A program made the position numbers and the translations under genes. From the NCBI GenBank assembly GCA_963837955.1, contig CAWIPH010000002.1:2208001-2272000 (forward strand): 64,000 nt of DNA, given 5' to 3'. Below are positions 59,440 to 64,000 of the stretch, piece by piece (position 1 is the first letter of the stretch; each line of letters begins with the position of its first letter). The DNA comes from an uncultured Verrucomicrobiae bacterium (GTDB lineage Bacteria > Verrucomicrobiota > Verrucomicrobiia > Chthoniobacterales > JAFAMB01). The notes beneath the pieces are model-generated. The model saw nothing but the letters and a program-made list of their open reading frames with translations. It was not told the origin of the DNA and searched no databases.

Positions 59440-59496
59440 GAGGCACAGTAGGAACTTCCGACTACGCCAGGCCTACGTCGCGGCTAAGCTCTACAC

Positions 59497-59756
59497 TGTC
59501 CTCGGATCTCGGGCTTCCGCAGAGGAATAATCCGCAGATTTCGCAGATTGATTTACTGGAGTGTTCAAGGGGCTGTTTACGTGGCCCAACAAGCCGCCAG
59601 CAGGGTGAACTATTCATTTAGCTTTGCGCATCCCACAGAAAGAACTAAGCCTCCTTCGTCTCCAGCGGCCCTTTACTCAGAGCTTGTAAGGTCTCTAGGA
59701 GAATCTGTGTAATCTGCGGATTATTCCTCTGTGGAAGCGCCTGAGATCCGAGGACA
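59497..59756. repeat. Inverted repeat element, ~55-bp arms (family E)
   Basis: 59497-59549 TGTCCTCGGATCTC..AGAGGAATAATCCGCAGATT versus its reverse complement at 59702-59756. Confidence 0.8.
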
Positions 59757-59764
59757 CGTGAAGC

Positions 59765-61027
59765 TTAGCCGCGACGTAGGTCTGGCGTAGTTGGAAGCGA
59801 GTCCCTACCCACATCGGGTAACGTGCCACTCACAAATTCTACCAACTTGCTGACCCGGGACTTCCAGCTTACTTCTCGCGCCCGAGCCAGCGCGGCCGAG
59901 GTTGCCGCCTGGTATCTTTTGGCATCATCAAGGAGCCTGATCGCTTCCTGGGCGAAGCCGCTCGGATCGCCGGCGGCGACATAGCGAGCAGCTCCGCTCG
60001 AGCCGAGGAGCCCACGCGTCGAAGGTAGATCACTGGCGATTGTCGGTAATCCATGGGCGAGATAGTCGAGTCCTTTAGCAGGGCAGGTAAGATTCCGATT
60101 GTAGTAGTCGTCCTCTAGCGGAATAAGTCCGGCACTTGCTTCCGTAGCCAAAGCTAGAGCCAGCGCTTCGGGGGACCGCACGCTGACTGTCTGCAGGCAA
60201 CGATCAGACCCGAATTTACGGGCCATTTCTTTCACCTTTTGGCCTTGGGTTTCATTGCCACCCCAGAAGGCCAGTTGGACGTTAGCGGCCGCTAACTTAG
60301 CAGTGGAACGGAGCAGCGATTGTAAGCCCTTGCTCTGGGTCAGCCGCCCCACATAGACCAGCCGACGTTGTTTTCGTCGTCGCTCTACGTCGATGTGCCC
60401 CTCGTCAGCGTTCAGTTCCGTGCCCAGCGGCAGATAAACGCAGGCCAAATGAGGGAATTGGCGGGCGTAAAGTTGGGTCTGTTCGTCGGTGATGCCAATC
60501 AGCCCATCGATGTGTGGCAGAAAAAGCCGCTCCAACCAGCTTTGCCGCAGATCGCTGGATTTGATCTTCTGGCCCTCTTCTTTTTTCCAAGAAAGATCGG
60601 CGTAATAGTCGTGTGGTTCATAGAAGGCACGCACGCGATTACCGTAGCGTCGACGCAGCCAGGCGAGGCGGGGCAGGATCGATGGCTCGCGGGTGAGGAT
60701 GATCACTGGGTCGGGCTGCTCGGCACAAAAGCGCTTCACCAACCGGGAGACTTGAGAAAAGATCCGCCGACTGGTGGTCGCTTTATATCGTCCGCGCCGA
60801 AGATCGACTAGTCCTTTCCGAGCGATACGATGGATCTGCAGGCAGGGAGTCGGGTCAAGCCGGTAAAACGTTTTCAGATCGTCATTTGTGTCGGATTCCG
60901 ATCCAGCTCCCAAGCAGAGGTGGGTTTCGAAACCGGCCTCCGCCAGATGGTAGGCGTTCCGCAACCCGATGTTGACAATCGGACCCGGGTGTCGCCAATC
61001 GCGTTTGTTCACCCAGAGAAAAATCAT
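59765..61027 (-). CDS. Glycosyltransferase (GT-B, family 4-like)
   Basis: FYEPHD, VYVGRLTQSKG, PAKGLDYLAHGLPTIASDLP. Start uncertain. Confidence 0.85.
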   Translation of the reverse strand: MIFLWVNKRDWRHPGPIVNIGLRNAYHLAEAGFETHLCLGAGSESDTNDDLKTFYRLDPTPCLQIHRIARKGLVDLRRGRYKATTSRRIFSQVSRLVKRFCAEQPDPVIILTREPSILPRLAWLRRRYGNRVRAFYEPHDYYADLSWKKEEGQKIKSSDLRQSWLERLFLPHIDGLIGITDEQTQLYARQFPHLACVYLPLGTELNADEGHIDVERRRKQRRLVYVGRLTQSKGLQSLLRSTAKLAAANVQLAFWGGNETQGQKVKEMARKFGSDRCLQTVSVRSPEALALALATEASAGLIPLEDDYYNRNLTCPAKGLDYLAHGLPTIASDLPSTRGLLGSSGAARYVAAGDPSGFAQEAIRLLDDAKRYQAATSAALARAREVSWKSRVSKLVEFVSGTLPDVGRDSLPTTPDLRRG

Positions 61028-61158
61028 CGGCGTTCTTTGATAGATATAATCGGACGTGCCAGAGCCGATCGCTGAAATAGCGGACCCTGTCAACAGAGGT
61101 TAGGGAAGCTTGCTTTGAGAGCTGAACTGACTACCATCGGCAAAGCACGAATTCACGG

Positions 61159-62427
61159 ATGAGGCAAAAACTAGGCTTGATTCTTCTGCTTCTGTTTGTC
61201 GGCTTAGACCTCCTCATCGGAGGAAGAATCCTCACGTCCGGACAGGCGGAGGACTCCGGTCAAGAGATCTCGGCACGCCTCGGTCTGTTCACCAGGGCCT
61301 TTCAGCTCATTCGCCAGGATTACGTCGACCCGGATAAGACAGACACGAGAGGTCTGGTGCACGCGGCGATCAAGCAGATGCTCGGAAGGTTGGACCCCCA
61401 CAGTATCTACCTCGAGGCCAGCGACTTCCAGGATTCGCAAGACGAGAACAAAGGGGAACTAACCGGGATCGGAATCGTGGTGTCGGCTCTCAACGGTTTC
61501 ATTACCATTGTGTCATCAGTCGAAGACGCTCCAGCGTTCAAGGCTGGGTTGATGGCAGGCGATCAAATCCTGGCGGTCAATGACGTGAATGTCGAGCGGA
61601 AGACGGTCGAAGATATTGCGCCGCTGCTGCGCGGAGGAGAAGGAACCGTAGTAAAACTTAAGGTTTTCCGGCCTGCGACCAAAGCCGGATGGGAAGTCTC
61701 GCTATCGCGTCAACTCTACAAAGTGACGAGCGTACGTGACGCGCATCTGTTAGATAGTTCGGCCGCGGCGGAACCGAAGATAGGCTATCTCCGGATCACA
61801 GAGTTTAACCAACCGACCGCGGTCGAGCTGGGAGAAAAAGTGGATGCGTTGCTCGATCAAGGCATGCGCGCGCTTATCCTTGACCTTCGATACAACCCGG
61901 GAGGTCTGCTCCAGAGCGCAATCGATACATGCGGTGTTTTTCTGCCACCGAGAACAATGGTCGTGTACACGGAAGGACGGGATCCGAGTACTCGTCAGGA
62001 GTATTTCACCGACGTTCGCAGCAAACAGCGGGGGGATTTTCCCGTAGCGTTGCTGGTGAACAGCGAAAGTGCTAGTGCCTCCGAAATCGTCGCTGCTGCG
62101 ATGAAAGATTGGCGGCGAGCAATTATCGTCGGCGAAACGACCTTTGGCAAAGGATTGGTCCAAGGTCAGTTTCAGTTACCGGATGGATCAGGGATGCGTT
62201 TAACCGTTTCGCGTTACTACACACCCGGTCGGGAGACGATTCAGGAAAAAGGGGTCGAGCCAGACATAGTAAGCATTATGAGCCGGGAAGACGAGCGAGC
62301 GTTATTGATCCGCCGTCGGGGCGCCTTTTCCAGCACTGCTGAAAAAGAATCAGCATTGCACGCGCACGATTCACAACTCGAACGCGCGGTGGACGCCCTG
62401 AAGGGGTTGCTATTCTACTCGGGATAG
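61159..62427 (+). CDS. ctpA: S41 carboxyl-terminal processing protease
   Basis: LDPHS, PDZ GIGI, LDLRYNPGGLL, SASASEI, TFGKG, VEPD. Confidence 0.9.
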   Translation: MRQKLGLILLLLFVGLDLLIGGRILTSGQAEDSGQEISARLGLFTRAFQLIRQDYVDPDKTDTRGLVHAAIKQMLGRLDPHSIYLEASDFQDSQDENKGELTGIGIVVSALNGFITIVSSVEDAPAFKAGLMAGDQILAVNDVNVERKTVEDIAPLLRGGEGTVVKLKVFRPATKAGWEVSLSRQLYKVTSVRDAHLLDSSAAAEPKIGYLRITEFNQPTAVELGEKVDALLDQGMRALILDLRYNPGGLLQSAIDTCGVFLPPRTMVVYTEGRDPSTRQEYFTDVRSKQRGDFPVALLVNSESASASEIVAAAMKDWRRAIIVGETTFGKGLVQGQFQLPDGSGMRLTVSRYYTPGRETIQEKGVEPDIVSIMSREDERALLIRRRGAFSSTAEKESALHAHDSQLERAVDALKGLLFYSG

Positions 62428-62429
62428 TT

Positions 62430-62830
62430 GGGAACGCGCGGGAGCGCCGAGAACGCCGGGAACGCCGGGAACCGTCCCGGAGGGACGCAATGAAAGTAGC
62501 CCAGTACGAAGTGCTGGGGTGGCGTTAAAAAAACGACCCGTCCCGGACGGGACGATCGACGGCTGCTCGCTGGTGAAGCCGCATAGGAGAGGACCAGGAG
62601 CCAAAACACTTCTATCGTCCCTGACGGGACGGACGTCTCTTTTTGCATTATTTCCCAGCACTTCGTACTGGGCTACTTTCATTGCGTCCCTCCGGGACAG
62701 TTCCCGGCGCTCCCGCGCGTTCCCGGCGTTCCCGCGCGTTCCCGGCGTTCCCGCGCGTTCCCGGCGTTCCCGTGCGTTCCCGGCGCTCCCGGCGTTCCCG
62801 CGCGTTCCCGGCGTTCCCGCGCGCTCCTAC
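62430..62830. repeat. Facing 9/10-bp GGGAACGC(C/GC/AC) arrays with a family A element between them
   Basis: Arrays at ~62430-62472 (+) and ~62700-62830 (inverted). Confidence 0.85.
62474..62698. repeat. REPIN-like palindromic element family A, copy 2 (reverse orientation)
   Basis: 45-bp inverted arms; interior matches the reverse complement of 6391-6527 with few changes. Confidence 0.9.
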
Positions 62831-63783
62831 CTCCGGGACAGAACAATAAGGGCGACCGCTCCGACGATCCCGCAGGCTCCAATAATCGTGGTGCCACCGA
62901 TCGGTTCAGCACCGAGGAGCCAGCCAAGGAAGACGGCGACAGCCGGATTGACGAATGCGTAGGTGCCAACCAGCGCTGGCGACGCTACCCGGACAAGCCA
63001 GACATAAGCACTGTAGCCGATGACTGCACCGATAGTAACCAGGTAAACCCAAGCCAGGAGCGAACGCTGACTGATCGATTCCAAGTGGAGCGAGCCTGGC
63101 TCTCCAGTAAGCACGGAGGCTAGAAACAGCAGGACGCCACCCGTGAACATTTGTAGACCGATGTTCAAGACAGCCGAGTCAGCGCGCTGCGCTCGGCGGG
63201 CGTACAGGGAACCAAACGACCAGATGACGCAACCGACAAGGATCACGATGACCCCTAGTAAGTGTTGTCCGGGCGATGCCTGGCCCGTGCTGGTGGCTCC
63301 GTGAGCGAGTACGCCGACACCGGCTACGCCGAGTGCCATCGCGAAGAAAATCGAGATAGCGGGGCGTCCAGTGATTCCGGCGAACCAGGCAAAGAGCGTT
63401 ATAAAGATCGGCACACAACCGACCAGCAAGGCTGTCTCTCCGGAGGGCACATATCGCTCAGCGAAAGTCACCGAACCGTTTCCGCCGAGTATCAAACAAC
63501 TGCCGACGATCAATGCGTCTCGCCAAACGGCGACACCTGGCCAACGTGCGCCGCGGAACCATGCTACTGCGATCATGATCAACCCAGCAGCCGTAAAACG
63601 GGAGCCAGCCATGAAAAATGGTGGCGTCGACTCAATCGCAAAACGGATGCCGAGATAGGTTGAACCCCAGACAAGGTAGACCGTGATCAGCGCTAAGCAG
63701 ATCAATCCGCGCGAAGGCGGATTTTGCGCTGCTGATTCCGGCCGGGCTTTATTATCTTCGGAGCAAGTCGCCGCCGAGCTCAT
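62827..63783 (-). CDS. EamA/DMT-family transporter (YedA-like)
   Basis: VYLVWGSTYLGI, PPFFMAGSRF, YAFVNPAVAVFLG; start MSSAAT probable. Confidence 0.9.
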   Translation of the reverse strand: MSSAATCSEDNKARPESAAQNPPSRGLICLALITVYLVWGSTYLGIRFAIESTPPFFMAGSRFTAAGLIMIAVAWFRGARWPGVAVWRDALIVGSCLILGGNGSVTFAERYVPSGETALLVGCVPIFITLFAWFAGITGRPAISIFFAMALGVAGVGVLAHGATSTGQASPGQHLLGVIVILVGCVIWSFGSLYARRAQRADSAVLNIGLQMFTGGVLLFLASVLTGEPGSLHLESISQRSLLAWVYLVTIGAVIGYSAYVWLVRVASPALVGTYAFVNPAVAVFLGWLLGAEPIGGTTIIGACGIVGAVALIVLSRR

Positions 63784-63986
63784 CGGGAACCGTATGAGGA
63801 TCTGTTTGTGAGCCGGGAAAATTCCGTCCGCTCGTTTCGGATCAAAGAGAACCGGATAGCCTGCAAACGCCAGAGTGAGCCAAGAGAAGAGTGCACGCGA
63901 TAACATGGTCGGGACGCACGTCGTTGTCGCGCAGTTTTCGGCCAAATAATTTTTTTGGGATAGATAAGCTTGTCTGGTAAGGCGAA

Positions 63987-64000
63987 GTAGCCTGATCCTC
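63987..64000 (+). repeat. Start of another family F REP, cut by the window edge
   Basis: GTAGCCTGATCCTC is identical to 54967-54980. Confidence 0.5.

Noticed and set aside
62519..62969. ORFs with AFPAFPRVPGVP repeats (also 43620-43922)
   Set aside because: Minisatellite translations; the mixed 9/10-bp units do not preserve frame.
1..64000. RAYT/HUH transposase, integrase, prophage, defence system or rRNA
   Set aside because: I recognised no ORF or sequence with the diagnostic motifs; any mobiliser of the REP-like families must lie outside this window.

Overview
A GC-rich bacterial chromosomal window. A soil Verrucomicrobiota-like origin is inferred from the gene content and repeat style and is not proven. 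The left ~34 kb is accessory carbohydrate metabolism: three CUT2 sugar ABC systems, XylR- and LacI-type regulators, and an expanded myo-inositol (iol) catabolic cluster. That cluster contains a ~5.6 kb frameshift-dense segment and a diverged 194-bp duplication of the iolD 5' end. The left half also carries a polymerase-less LigD and an amino-acid-binding-domain/TRIC-channel fusion. A tRNA-Gln(CTG) at 34317-34390 sits between two ~160-bp inverted copies of a structured repeat, which also forms a 3-copy tandem array at ~14.1-14.6 kb. The right half is mostly core-type: a halogenase-like/acyltransferase/LolA-like block, aroF, OPT, LOG, ACP, tlyA-nadK-PTS IIA, DegP with a two-component system, OsmC, PadR, GT4, CtpA and EamA. 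It also holds one complete IS4-family (IS186/IS231-like) element inserted into a REP-like hairpin. Intergenic DNA contains at least seven families of REP/REPIN-like palindromic repeats, with nested insertions and placement at stop codons. I found no CRISPR array, integrase or RAYT. Most overlapping ORFs in the track are antisense shadows.
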